This document shows, piece by piece, positions 12,601-25,680 of a DNA stretch of 64,000 nucleotides. The notes beneath the pieces are model-generated. The model ran no database searches. It saw nothing but the letters and a program-made list of their open reading frames with translations, and was not told where the DNA came from. The translations under genes and the position numbers were made by a program. Where the stretch lies: the NCBI RefSeq assembly GCF_018977255.1, contig NW_024704743.1, positions 105,836,001 through 105,900,000 on the forward strand, read 5' to 3'. Each line of letters begins with the position of its first letter. Positions within the stretch are counted from its first letter, which is position 1. The stretch comes from Callorhinchus milii. Lineage: Eukaryota.

Positions 12601-13160
12601 TTCATTATTGGGAATAGAATAGGAAATCCCCTCTCACCAGCATTGAGAACGTTACCAAGGGACCTTTTGCCCTGTGAAGTCACCTCCTACTGGGTCATTA
12701 GTGCCAATATTATGCTATTGTATAACAGGAAGTCACTGGTATACTGCGAACATACAGTTGAAATACAGCTGCAATAAGATGGCAACATGTTCGTTTCAAA
12801 CCTGCTTTTGTTTATAAAGCACAGCAAGTGTTATAAGTATAACCACCAAGACAATTAAATCACTGCAGGAGAATCAGTGCCAGACATGGAAACCACCGAG
12901 GCCTCCAAGCGTCACAGACAAAGGCATAACCAAAATGTGTCCAGCTGACTTATTTTATCTAATTCCTCTTTATTGTGTATGATTTTTAGTCTTTAAATTG
13001 AACTGTTTAACTTTACAATTAATTCTGCATTTCCACATCATTCGCTAAATACACCAACAAAATCTTATGAATCCCAAAAATGTATACTGACTATACTACA
13101 TACAGTACGGTATACTGTTCATACATAAGTAATGATATTACTATTTAATAGTTTAAGTTA

Positions 13161-13280
13161 TGCTGCATTTCATCCACAAAATATACAGTCAATTCACTTT
13201 GCAGTATATTCTGTGAAGCACTTTGAGACGTCTCAAAGACATGATAAAGTACTACATCAAATGCAAGGATTATTATTATT
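13161..13280 (+). mobile_element. SINE 3' tail-only copy
   Basis: Matches the last ~115 bp of the young SINE. Confidence 0.85.
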
Positions 13281-14006
13281 AAATGTCTGCATTTCTGAAA
13301 TCAAGATGTGAATAGTTGGAAACACTGACCACCACGTGATGCGCAGCTTGAATAGGTTGTTGACTCATTAGAAGTCTTGTTCAACCACAACAGGCTTTTG
13401 AATGAGGTACAGTTATATTTAAAACTCAATTTAGATCATCTTAGCAACTAATTTAGGAACAAGATTTCGAGAATAGTTAGAAATACAGTTTGGAATATAA
13501 GAGCTGCAAGACTTTAGCTAGCCATCAGTTTTCCCCAATCTGAGAGACTTTCAAGTTGGGATGACACCTCACAGGATATATTGTAAAGTGGATGGACTAT
13601 GGTTTATGGGCAATTGTTCCAATGTACTTCATGCTGAACCCCTGGATCTAATCAGCTTTAATCAGTTCTATAGTTGCTGAGGGTGCCAAAGGCCATTGGA
13701 AAGAAGAGGCCAATTCTCTGAATGCCAGAACTTGTATCAACTCCTACCATTTGCTGCATTGGGGAGTGGTGCAGTGATATGAAGTCAGTTTGACTTTGTA
13801 CCATAGTCTCATGTGGCAGCACATACCCTAATCTGTTAGTGCCACATTCATACTAAGGCTGAGGCAAGACAAGTTCCAACAGAAATAGACTTCCTTCCTT
13901 GGAATATTGCCAGTTCTTCACAATGCTGGACACCACTCATCATGCCAGACCCACCTGCAAATCTTGGTTGGGGACTGCAGAGCGGAGCAATGATCAGAGG
14001 GATCTT

Positions 14007-15451
14007 ATAGAATCATAGAATCGTACAGCACAAAAAGAGGCCATTCGGCCTATCGAGTTTGTGCTGGCTCTTTGAATAGAGCAATTAATGTCAATCCCAC
14101 TCCCCAGCCCTTTCCCCATAACCCTGCAAACCTGTCCTCCTCAAATACCTGTCCACCGCGTTTTTAAAAGTAGTTATCAAATCGGCCTCGATCACCCTTT
14201 TAGGCAATGCGTTCCAGATTTGAACAACTCGCTGCATGAAAAAATTTCTTCTCACCTCCCCTCTGCTTCTTTTAGATACTATTTTGAATCTGTGACCTCG
14301 AGTCACCGACACACCCACCAGTGGAAGCAGTTTTTCCCTTTCTAACCTATCAAATCCCCTCATAATTTTGAAGACCTCTATTAGGTCTCCTTGTTACCTT
14401 CTCTGCTCCAATGAGAATAATCCCAGCCTCTCTAGCCTTTCCTCATAATCAAGGTCCCTCATTCCTGGTACCATCCTCGTAAATCTCCTCTGCACCCTTT
14501 CCAATGCCTTAACATCCTTCCTATAGTGTGGTGCCCAGAACAAAGCGCAGTATTCTAACTGAGGCCCAACCAGTGTTTTATATAGGTTAATCATAACCTC
14601 CTGACTTTTGTACTCTATGCCCCTATTTATAAAGCCTAGTATCCCATATGCCCTTTTTACAGCTTTATCTACCTATCCTGCCACCTTCAAGGATTCATTT
14701 ACCTGAATCCCCAGGTCTCTCTGTTCTTTTACCCCCCCTAAGATTGTATTACATAGCCTATATTGCCTCCCCTCATTCTTTCTACCAAAATACATTACCT
14801 CGCATTTCTCCACATTGAAACTCATCTGCCATGTGTCTCCCATTTTACCATTCTGTCTATGTCTTCCTGCAGTTGGCTACTATCCTTCTCACTGTTTACT
14901 ACCCTACCTAACTTTGTGTCGTCCGCAAACTTGGAAATGGTACTTGCTATACCCAAGTCCAGATCATTTATGTATATTAAGAAGAGCAGTGGTCCTAATA
15001 CCGATCCCTGGGGGATGCCACGGTACACTTCCCTCCAGTCAGAAAAGCAGCCGTTCACCACAACTTTCTGCTTTCTGTCTCCCAGCCAGTCCTGGATCCA
15101 TACTGCCACTGTCCCTTTTATACCATGGGTCTCTATCTTTCTTACAAGTCTTTCATGTGGCACTTTGTCAAATCCTTTTGAAAGTCCATATAAACTACAT
15201 TAACTGCACTACCTTTATCCATACTCTCCGTTACCTCATCGAAAAATTCTATTAGATTTGTTAAAGATTTGCCTTTAACAAATCCGTGTTGGCTGTCCCT
15301 AATTAACCCAGATTCTTCTAAGTGAAGATTTATTCTGTACCGGGTTATAGTCTCAAGGAGTTTCCCCACTACTGATGTTAGGCTGACTGGCCTATAGTAC
15401 CCAGGTTTGTCCTTCTGTCCCTTTTTGTACAGGGGAGTCACATTGGCCACT
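14007..15451 (-). mobile_element. CR1 LINE, 5'-truncated, RT domain to 3' tail
   Basis: YRPVSLTSVVGKLLE, QHGFVKGKS, GIPQGSVLGPLLFLIYINDL, KFADDTKL, LERVQRRFTRM; frameshifts; ATAGAATC tail repeat. Confidence 0.95.
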
Positions 15452-15861
15452 TGTTCTTCATCCCTGCTCTTGAGGACTTTATAGTGTTTGAAACCCAATA
15501 AGTTTTAAAGGTGCCATTGAGTCTCTCTCCCTCAATTTACTTCTGTTCCTTTGAAATATAAGGATTATTTTATCTCCTCACTTAACAGTGCAGAACTCTT
15601 CCCTCTTCCATAAGGTGCCCTATAGCTAGCTCACACAGTCTACCGTTGTCGCCCTGAAGCTTTGTCCAGGACGCCATTGGATCTTGACCTCTGCTTTACT
15701 GGATTAACATCTATTCTAGAGATTGGGATCAAATGGACATAGAGTTTACTTCAGCTGTGCTTCTCTTGTGAGATCAGTTACGCAGAGAGTTTATCCACTG
15801 AACACCAGGAGAACTACAGATCATCAAGAGGAATTAATATAAGGAGTTTTCTGAGTTATAA

Positions 15862-16022
15862 TAACAATCCCTGCAATGATATGGTGCCTTATCATGTCGT
15901 CAAGACATTTCGAAGGTCTTCACAGAATTTTACTGAGAAGTGTAGTGACTGGGTATATGTAAGCAAATGCAGCAGTCAATATACGTACAGTACAATGTCC
16001 TACAAGCTGCCCTAATGAATGA
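15862..16022 (-). mobile_element. Old DeuSINE 3' part
   Basis: Degenerate tail and Deu motif. Confidence 0.6.
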
Positions 16023-16924
16023 CTCAGGGACATAAATAACCATGTTAACCACATCTAGCTATATCACGTGCTACAGTATTTTATAAAAATATGCAACGCC
16101 AAGCTTCTTGCCTTGTGTTCCTTTAATGACCTCTTCTCAGCCTGGTAGAAACAAGCTTGTCCAGGGACGCTTGACCTTTTTGAAAGCAAGATTAAACTTG
16201 CCCAAGAAGTAGATTGAGCCATTTGGAAAGCGTTTTCGTACTCTTTTAAAAAAAAGTACAGAAAATCTATAAATTATCTAAAGCATTCCTTTACCTAGTT
16301 ATCGCAACAACATTGGTATTCCATTGTTTTTAAATTAAAAGGCAAAGTAGCCTGTTTCCTTTATACCTTATGTGGATAAGGTATCGAAGCGTTTTGAGAT
16401 GTCTAGAAGACGTGAAAAATGCTATAACTAATTCAAGGATCGTTATTATTATTATTATAAATACTCTGTTAAGCGAACAGGTTAATCCTCTCTGCTTCCA
16501 TAGTTAGCACAATGTTCACTGCAACCCCAGCCTTTCAGAAATGGGATGGGCTTTGTAGAGCTGTTCCATATCCACCACTCTGCTCAAACCTTCATCTGCA
16601 TTCCCTGTGCTATTTCCTTTTTGTTTGCTTTGCATTGTGTGCTGCTGTGTGGCCTCACTGAACTGTCTTGGCTGCCTGTGAGCAAGTGGCAGGAGGTACC
16701 AAGCTTTCCTCATTGGGGGACACTGCAGGGGAATGTTTGTCTTTGTGAATTATCAGTAAAACACTAAGAAAGTTTTGTTGAGCCCCCACTTTAAGAAAAC
16801 TTACATTTAATAAACTGGAACTTGCTTTTAATACATTCTCATTATAAGGCAACAGTAAACTGAATGAATCAATCAGCCTTTAGTAAACCATCTGAAACCA
16901 GTCTCTGGGCTTCTCAATACAGAC

Positions 16925-17300
16925 CAACAACAAACAACTTGTATTTAAATAGTGCCTTTCACAAAAGATGAACGTTACAACCACACAATGCTGATAGGGA
17001 TCACCAAGCAGACAGAAGAGGAATGAAAGGTTGGAAGCATGATCAATGAGGTAGCCTTGGGATGGGCCTTAAATGAGGGAAGGAAGGGAATAAGTTGGTG
17101 GTATTCTGTGATGGAGTTCCAGAGAATGGGAACAGAATGGCTGAAAGCCCATTGCCTAATGCTGGGGCGATAAGATGGGGAACATAAAACAGGCCAATGT
17201 TCACTGAGCGAAGGGAGCAGTTGGTTGGGTTGAAAGAGGTTGCAGAGATAGGGTGGAGTAGTTGTTAACAAGGAGTTTTAATAAAGGGCTGTTGGACCAT
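16925..17300 (-). mobile_element. Old L2 3' fragment
   Basis: (AAC)n tail; PPYLCNL...AFSHSVPILWNSI. Confidence 0.75.
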
Positions 17301-18004
17301 GAGGTATCAGATCACGTAAATGGTCGAAGGAGGTTTAGGTAGTCAATCTTGTGATTGTAATCAACTTGACATATGTAATAAGATTTTTTTAAAAATGTCT
17401 ATTGCTGGTGGTTAAATAGGTCAAGGTGTCATGCTGCCAACCAGAAAGTTGTGGGTTCAAAACGCAGAGCTGCTTGGCTCAGGAAGTGAGTTTCATCGAG
17501 TGCCGGAGTGACCTGTTCCAATTTGGAGGGTGGAAACAATGGAAATTCTCCAGTTTAGCTTAGTTACAATGGATCTCTCTATGGATACAATGCATCAAAA
17601 TAGACAACATGTGCAGCTACATAACAGGACTGTAATTATTGTTGCAGCCTAATATATTATGCTAAGTGTATTAGGTTCAAAACTGGAACTAATTTGTGTT
17701 GACAAGTAATGCACTTATTATGGATTCAGCAATACATTGCAACATCTGTACATTCTGTTTGAATATTTAAATCTTAATGAAGAATACATTGTAGATTGTG
17801 TTTCATTTTATCCGAATGAGACAAAAAAATGTTCCTGCTAATGTGTTGAGACATGCCCGGAGCAGCCTGATTGTATCTAAATAGGAGCTACTTTGTTAAG
17901 AATAGAGTGAAGTTTTTTTATATAATGAAAGACATTTCAGTTCTTTCTTCAGCTATTACAAACTGCTGATATTGTACATTCGACATGAAACATTTCATGA
18001 ATGT

Positions 18005-18530
18005 GATAACAATCCTTGTATTTAATGTAGCACCTTATGTCAAAGCACTTTGCATGATATGCTGTGAAGTGGAGTGACTATATTTTGTAGGCAAAAACAG
18101 CAGTTAATTTGCAAACAGCAATGTCCCATATACAACGGCAAAGTGAGTGAACAAATTTATTTGGGGAATTGTAGGCCAGAACACTTGGAGAAACTGACTT
18201 CTCCTTTCAAATAGTGCCATCATTAATGTCCACCTGAACAGGCCAAAGGATCTCGGTTTAACATATCATCTGAAGGATGGCATCTCTGACAATGCAGTAC
18301 ATTTCGCCCACAAATATACAGTCAATTCACTTTACAGCATATTCTGTGAAGCGCTTTGAGACGTCTAGAAGATGTGAAAAGCATTATATCAAATGCAAGG
18401 ATTATTATTATTACTCATCCTGCACTGTATTGGAATGTCAACCGAGACTGTGAGATCAAAGTCTTGAGATGGGTTTAAACCTAAAACCTTCTGACTCAGA
18501 GGCAAGAGTGCAACCAATTGAGACAGGCCT
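18005..18530 (-). mobile_element. Old full-length DeuSINE, interrupted by a young SINE tail
   Basis: Head AACCTTCTGACTCAGAGGCAAGAGTG, Nin/Deu body, tail at ~18005. Confidence 0.85.
18302..18413 (+). mobile_element. SINE tail-only copy nested in an old SINE
   Basis: TTTCGCCCACAAATATACAGTC...GGATTATTATTATTA. Confidence 0.9.
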
Positions 18531-19522
18531 ACAATGGTTCAAGGTGGGAGGGAATTCCAGAGCGCAGAAGTGTAGTGACTAAAGGCTTGACCAACAATGG
18601 TGGGGCAGAGGGAATAAGTAAAGAGCATTAGACCAGAGTTGGAAAAGCGGAATAACTGTAGTATTGCTATGAGAGTAAGAATGCACAATATTCAGAGAAT
18701 TTTGTGGCAAAGCTAAGTCCAGTCTTAGCACAGTCACAAACCAAATAAAATAATCTGAGAAACATGCTGAGAATGTATCCTGGTGCTCAGCACTCTGAGA
18801 TAAAAACATCCACGTTGCACTATAAGTAAAATTGTTCAGATAAGTCCACTTGTGGGTCAAATTGAAATATTCAACATATTGATTCTTTCCAATTAGAAGA
18901 CTGAGGAGGTAAGAGGGGTTGTCCTGGGAATGTGAGCACCAGACTAGAATAACAACATGCATACCTTGACATTACATAGTTTTAATATTTGGAATAAATG
19001 TGAATAGATCAAAGAGTGGAGTCACATATGGGGCTTCCTGCTTGATAAATTATATCTCTGGTATGATCATTGTGAGGGAGTGTCCCAGTATTGCAAAGTA
19101 CATCTGAATTCCAGGACTCTAATCCTATCTGAGGCACCTCACAAGCAAAGTCTGGCAAAATAGTCAGTGAAAAGATTATTGCACAGCCAATGGTCACCAA
19201 TAAATAGCCACCGATACAAACTTTTTCTCAAATACGTAACTTTTTTTTTACAGTTCCACATAATCAGGAAAATACAGCTTTGGAGGTAGAAATTTCATAA
19301 TACATGACACTACATGAATTAAGATGTGTGACATAACTTTCAGAATAAACTAAGAATGATAATTATTAATTAACATCTGAAACTCCTGTAGGTAGGTTTT
19401 CTTTTGTTAGTCAGGTAATGTCTGACACATGCAGAAACTCATCGCTATGCTTAAGATATCCAAATCAAAGTGAGAGTTCAGGTATCCCACCTACACACAG
19501 AAATTACTTTACATTGGAAAGG

Positions 19523-19900
19523 ATTGCAAACTCTCTCCTGGCAGAGCGAAATATAGGGCAAGTTTCCACAAATACAAGCATCCACCACCGGTGGTATATG
19601 CCATAGAATATCTAGAAGCAGATCAAGTGAAAGTCTCCACATGCCTCTGTTTACCTAGCAGTAAGTAGGAACCCGGTCGTTAGGTGATTGGCAGATTGCT
19701 TTTCCAGGGATAATAATTACTTAACAAATAATAATAATGAATTGTTCAACCAAACCACAATTGTTTGTGGGACACTGGCTGCCGCATTCCGTCCACAAAA
19801 TATACAGTCAATTCACTTTACAGTATATTCTGTGAAACGCTTTGAAACGTCTCAGAGACATGATAAGGCACTATTTCAAATGCAAGGATTATTATCATTA
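19523..19900 (+). mobile_element. tRNA SINE, long subfamily, carrying a 67-bp foreign insert
   Basis: Head remnant GGGCAAGTTTC, long-form segment GCCTCTGTTTACCTAGCAGTAAGTAGGAACC, tail. Confidence 0.85.
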
Positions 19901-20239
19901 CAGTATTAGATGTGTTGGGGAAAGGACATGGGGAGGGGACAGTGCAAGGAAAAATCAAGCACAAATGCAAGCATCCACCACAGGTGGTATATGGCATAAA
20001 ATATTTATAAGCAGATCAAGTGAAAGAACCAATTTCTTTTAAATGTGTGCATTCACTTTCAAGTACTTAACAGACTAATTTGCTAGATTTGCTAAAGGAT
20101 TTGCTAAAGGATTTGTAAATTGTAAATTTGTAAATGAGTCAAGGACAACTCTCTGGAATACAGCTCAGATATTGGTTTCTGTTACAACTTTTATGAAGTT
20201 AGCATCCAAGTAAACTTTCAGTGTGTTGGGGATAACACA

Positions 20240-20500
20240 GGCAGGTGCTGCCCTTTGGATGAAACGTTTAACTGAGGTCCCATCTATCTGCTCAGTTGGA
20301 TTTATATTTTGAAAAGAGAAGGGAGTTTCTCACTTTGACCTGACCAACAATGCCCCAAATAAAATTGATCATTCACATCATGGCTGTTTGTGGGCGTTAC
20401 TTTGTGCAAATAGTTTGCTGTGTTCTTCTGCAAAATACAAAGTCACTACACTTCCTCCTGATGTATAAGGTGCTATATTAAAAGTAAGGATTATTATTAC
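20240..20500 (+). mobile_element. Old DeuSINE
   Basis: GGATGAAACGTTTAACTGAGGTCCC...GGCTGTTTGTGGG...tail. Confidence 0.75.
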
Positions 20501-21559
20501 TTTGGGCTGTGATTTGTGCTCATCTGTCTTCAACAATAATAGTAACAGTTTGCATTTATATAGCACCCTTCAGGCAAGGTAGCTTCCCGAATATGTTGTT
20601 CTCTTGTACATGGATCCGTGCCCCAACAAGAATCAACATGTTCATGAGAGGAAAGGAGAAGAAATTTGAATTGAGAGCACAAAAAATAATGGCAGTATTT
20701 TACAAACAGTTTTCAAAGGCCAATTTATTTTAGTTAGGGTTTTGAAGAGATTTAAAATTTACGGTGTCTTTTGAAAGAATAGCCATGTGAGCCAAGAAAA
20801 AGAAAGACTTCCTCTTTGAATGAGTTTACAATACAGACTACATTCCATCTCCCCTTGATGTTTGGCTGCGGTTGTTATCAGATTTTTCCCCCTCTTTATC
20901 AAAATATCCTATAGGATATCCTGTTGAAAACTGTTAAAGAGTGTTCTATAAGGTTCTTGGCAATTCTTGAAGCAAATTATTATAAAATCCTATATGATGA
21001 AGTGCGTATAGGTATTTTAACATATAGCAAGATTTGAGACTTTGGCAAAAACTATGCCGCTTGAATTATTGAGTTACACCATTAACCCTTTGAGGTCTAA
21101 TGCACTTTACTCTCTGAGAAATTAAAGGTATTTTTTATCAGTCTGGTTAAATTTTCCCTTAGATTCTCCCATCTTGGTGGCAGGGATATTTCCCACTTGG
21201 CTACTGTTAACCTTGCAAGCCAAAGCCTTATGGGTAGGGTTGTTCCACCTGGACAAGCAGTGGGAATGGTTACCAGACAGTGCTCTCAATGACAAGATAT
21301 GTTGGTTTAGCTGGTTAAACTGTGGCAGAACTCCAACCTACACACTGGGGTCCCAAGCCTTGGCTCTTGCCAACCTGCATTGTATACCCTATGGAATTAA
21401 TTAAGCAGAGTGTATCCCTCCGAGGACAGAGTGGATATTCCATTCAAGACATGGGAATTTCCATGTGGTATGCACGGAACTCTCAGTCTGCTTTCAATAA
21501 TCTTGAGTATGGTGTTGAGTTTCCAAATGTGTCAGACACCAGGCTGACCAAAAAGCATC

Positions 21560-21669
21560 TCCTATCTTCTTCCTTGGATGGTCACTGGATATCTACGGTC
21601 AGGATTGGGAGCACTACAAGGCACTACCCGAGTGAAGAGCACTGTATAAATGCTAATTGTTGTTGTTGT
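21560..21669 (+). mobile_element. L2 3' tail
   Basis: Tail stem-loop and (TTG)n. Confidence 0.6.
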
Positions 21670-21764
21670 AAGTTTATTCTTAAAGCTACAGAAAAACAGC
21701 TTCAAAGTTAAGACTGAATTTAACGATATGCCAATTTTTCGATTCCACGTTTTAAATGCCACAT

Positions 21765-21806
21765 AAATAATAATAATGATAATGATGATAATAATAATAA
21801 TAATAA
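21765..21806. repeat. (ATA/ATG)n microsatellite
   Basis: Seen directly in the sequence. Confidence 0.85.
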
Positions 21807-21984
21807 TGCCACGTAAATAAGAGTAAATCTAAACCCAGGCAGTATTTCTTCCCCCTTGTTTTAGTGTTGTACTGTTTTAAGTATGCTACATTTTAATCCC
21901 AATTCCTGCTTTGCAGCATTCTGCAATACCTTGGTAAATGTTTTGTTATTCTGTAGTTCTGTTAATTTGTAGACTCTTGACTTT

Positions 21985-22378
21985 TAATAATAATAATAAT
22001 CCTTGAATTTGATGTAGCACCTTATCACTAAACAACAATAACAACAAGATTACATTTGTATAGCGCCTTTCACGTCAGGAGGATGTCTCTAGGCTCTGGA
22101 CAGTGTACAGCATTTCAGATGCCTCAAAGTACTTCACAGAATAGACTGTAATGTGAATTGACTGTATATTTGTGGGTGAAACCCAGCAGCCAATTGCACA
22201 CAGCAGTATCCCACAAACAGTCGTGGATTGAAGTGACCAATTTATTATTGTTTTTTTGAGGGATTATTATCAGGCATGTGGAGTAAGGAAACTTGCCCAA
22301 GGTTTTGCCCTGCCAGGAATCGAACCCAAGTCTCTCGCTTGCGAGGCGAGTGCTCTAACCACTGAGCTAAAGGACTCC
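21985..22378 (-). mobile_element. tRNA SINE, short subfamily, with an L2 tail inserted at 22029-22110
   Basis: Reverse complement of head, body and tail; internal (AAC)n L2 tail. Confidence 0.9.
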
Positions 22379-22624
22379 AGATCCACTTTCAATCCACTTG
22401 TAAAATTATTTGTTGGAAATTGGTTTTAGATGATGATCACTAACATCACAGATTTTACAGAATTAGATTTTCTAGGATCAGCTGTGGAGGGATTGGTAGT
22501 TGCTGGTTCTTTTCAATTTGTTGTTTAACATTACAATGGGAAACAATTATCGGAACTTGTGTATGACTGAATTGGTGAGTAAATATTACACAATAAGGTC
22601 CTGACAGCTGACACGAGACAAAAT

Positions 22625-23095
22625 CAGCCTGGGTTATTTGGTATCACTCTCGCCTCTGAATCAGAACAACAAATTACATTTGTATAGTGCCTTTCACATC
22701 TGGAAGACGTCACTAGGAGCCGGACGGTTGTGATCCTCACCCTCACATACAAATCCCTTAACACTGTTCGCGCCTCGCTAACTCTCCGACCTGCTCGTAC
22801 TCCAGTCCTTTGCCTGTCCCCTTCGCTCAGCTAACACAGCACAACCACTATGCAGCATTTAGAGACACTATCCTGAGTGAAGGGTGCTGTATAAATGCAA
22901 GTTGCTGTTGATTCAAACCCCACGTCAAGACTTTGAACTCACAGTCTAGACTGACACTCCAATACAGTGCTGGGAGAGCACTGCACTGTTGGAGGTGGTG
23001 CCCTACAAAGTCACTACACTTCACAGAAACAATTGTGAAGCACTTTGAGACATTTTTAACATTATAAGCACTATATCAAATAAAATAATTCTTAT
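22625..23095 (+). mobile_element. Old DeuSINE with two L2 fragments inserted in its head
   Basis: CACTCTCGCCTCTGAATCAGAA [L2 tail, -] GGTTGTG [L2, +] ATTCAAACCCCAC... Confidence 0.75.
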
Positions 23096-24394
23096 TGAAG
23101 GTCTCCAGATTGAGTAACTTGAACTGCATTAACAGATAGAAAATCTAATTCTAGATGGCTGAGTGTTATATATATATATTTGTAGATATTTGTAGATACA
23201 TTTTGCAGTAAATTCCATAAAGCGTTTTGAGATGTTCTCACAGTGTGCTATGCCAAATACGAGAATTATCAGGATTTTATTTTTGTTGTTCTTTGATTAC
23301 AAATTTAGCAAATCTCTAAAATGTAATTAACAGGATTAGAGCAACTGAGTCAGATTTGATTGTTTGCTGTTGCATATTTGCATTCTACTCTGGTTCTCAG
23401 GGTTAGGTTCACAAGCTGGATCAAGGGGGCCCTCCTCTTTTCAGAGTAACATGTTCCCCCACACAGGTAAATGTCCTCAATCTGTCTGAGTCTCACAAAG
23501 AGAAGCAGGGATCAGGGCTGAGTAAGTTCCATGTCTACTCTTTCAACCTAATTAGTAGCAGTGGATTGAAGGTGCACTGTCTGAGACCTTCAGCGGAGCC
23601 ACTGCCTGCAGTGCAAGTACAATGCTTCATCAGAAGGGGAGCACAGGCTTAGACACTGATGACACAAACTGCTCACAGTACCAGAAGTTACGTTAACACC
23701 ATTCACACATCCTTCAGATCTCATCCCGTGCCTGAGACTTTCACATTATCATGTTTAATGGAATCAACAAATTTATTAGAACTTCTCAATTAGAAGTTTG
23801 TTTAGTCTTAAAGAAGCCATAAGCAGCCATGAGAACCATTGAAATGTCTACGGTTTAATGTGCAGATCCTGCCACAAAACTCTGGGTTTCTGCTTTCAGT
23901 GAATTTTGTTGAAACATCTTTCAATAAAATTAAATTCATATTGACTTGTACTTCACAGATAATTGCTGTCAAATGTAATGGCTGTGTATTTGTAGGCAAA
24001 AGCGGCAGCCAATTTGCAGACGGCAAAGTCCTACAAACAGCAGCGAAGTGAATGACCAATGTATCTGGTCATTAATACCTCTTTGATCTTACACAACAAA
24101 AAAAGGCATCTCTGCCCTATTAGCCTCAGAAATCCTGCCTCATCACAGCTCAGATCTGGTTTCTAGGATGATTTGATTCATTTGTATGATCCAATTAGGC
24201 AGCTCAAATTATGTGTAAAGAGCTTTGGATTTAGATGACTGGGAGGACACCCAAATTCTCACAAGTGGACAGATCGCTCTATCAGAGAGCTGGCACAGGC
24301 TGTTAAGGACCAAATGACCTTTTTCTTCGCTGAGAAATTCTGTAATTCTTTACGTCACAAAATTCAGGCCAGAGAGCCTGTTTCTTTATCATTT

Positions 24395-24826
24395 TATCTT
24401 CACCACCACATTGCCCGCCTCCATGCCTGACTCACATAAAATGACACCCAAACCCTCAAAAGCCTTTGTTACCTCCGGACTCTACTTCTCAAATGCACTC
24501 CTAGTTGATCGCACCAGTTCCACTATCCATAACCCCATTCTCGCTCCTTGTGCTCAACATAATTGGCCTGGCTGCGGGACCCCTGCTGCACCATCGGTGT
24601 CCGAGCCTTCAGCAACTGTGCCCCCAACCTCTGAAACTCTCTCCCTCTACCCGCCCTGCCTCATCCCCTCTCCATCTGTCTTGAAATCCTGCCTAAAACA
24701 CTACCTCTTCAACCCTGCCTGTGATCACCTCCCATCTCTCCTGCCTTGGCTCCTGACGCCGTCTCTGTGAAGTACTCCGAGACATTATACTACATGAGGG
24801 GCGTTATATAAATACAAGTTGTTGTT
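24395..24826 (+). mobile_element. Old L2 3' fragment
   Basis: AFVTSGLYFSNALL...LKSCLKHYLF; tail. Confidence 0.8.
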
Positions 24827-25249
24827 TATAACAAAAACGATACATTTGCAGCAGTAGAAGTGAATAGGCAATGTCATTGCTTTGCTTCACATCTCTGCAC
24901 AATCCCCTCTTGTGTATACACACTATCTTTGAAAGCTTGATCCTAGAATGACACTGGTACATAATAGAACATTTTTCACTAAAAAGGACTGACGTTAATG
25001 GATTTCCAGATTACTACACAGAAAGGATTGTGAATGTTTTGTTTCAGAATCTCACTCCAGGACACCACATCTTGAACTGTAGAATTTTCTCAATTAATAA
25101 TAGCTATAACTGATACCTGAGATAATGGCAGTAAGTGTGTTTTTTAAATAAAAGGGTCCGCAGAGCTTTCTAGATGTCCCCAATGCAAAGCAGTGTTTCC
25201 TTAGCAAAGCTGACATGTTTTGTGAGGAAATGAAGAAAGCCACCACCAC

Positions 25250-25680
25250 TATTTGTTACTTTAAGTATGTGCACTGCGTAAGCCAACTTTTGAAACATTG
25301 ACGCAACAGCGTTCGGTAACAACGTCAGTTTTTTCCTGTTTGACATGGAAGAACTAATTCCACCTCAATGACTCACTCACTCATGAGCCAATTTAGCGAG
25401 TTAAATCCACTCTGCTACATTCCTGATTTAATTACTTTAACAGTTGGGCTGACCTAGTAAAAGATGGCTCGTGAGTAGCAGGCAGATTTGCTCTGCAGAT
25501 CGGCTATTGTTTAAATTAAGCACGTTTGGTTTGAACTTCGTCTTGTGGCATAAATTTGTTTCGTGTTATCATAGAACTAGAAAAATTAGCTCATCCCAAT
25601 CAGACAGATATGATCCTTGACATGTGTTCCTGTTTCCTTACTGAAGGCCGTCTGGCTAAATTGTTCAAATAATTGCAATA
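25250..25680. promoter_or_regulatory. Putative enhancer (unique sequence, motif cluster)
   Basis: TGACGCAA at 25299, TGACTCA at 25369, ACATTCC at 25417, AAGATGGC at 25461; CpGs retained; motif evidence only. Confidence 0.3.
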
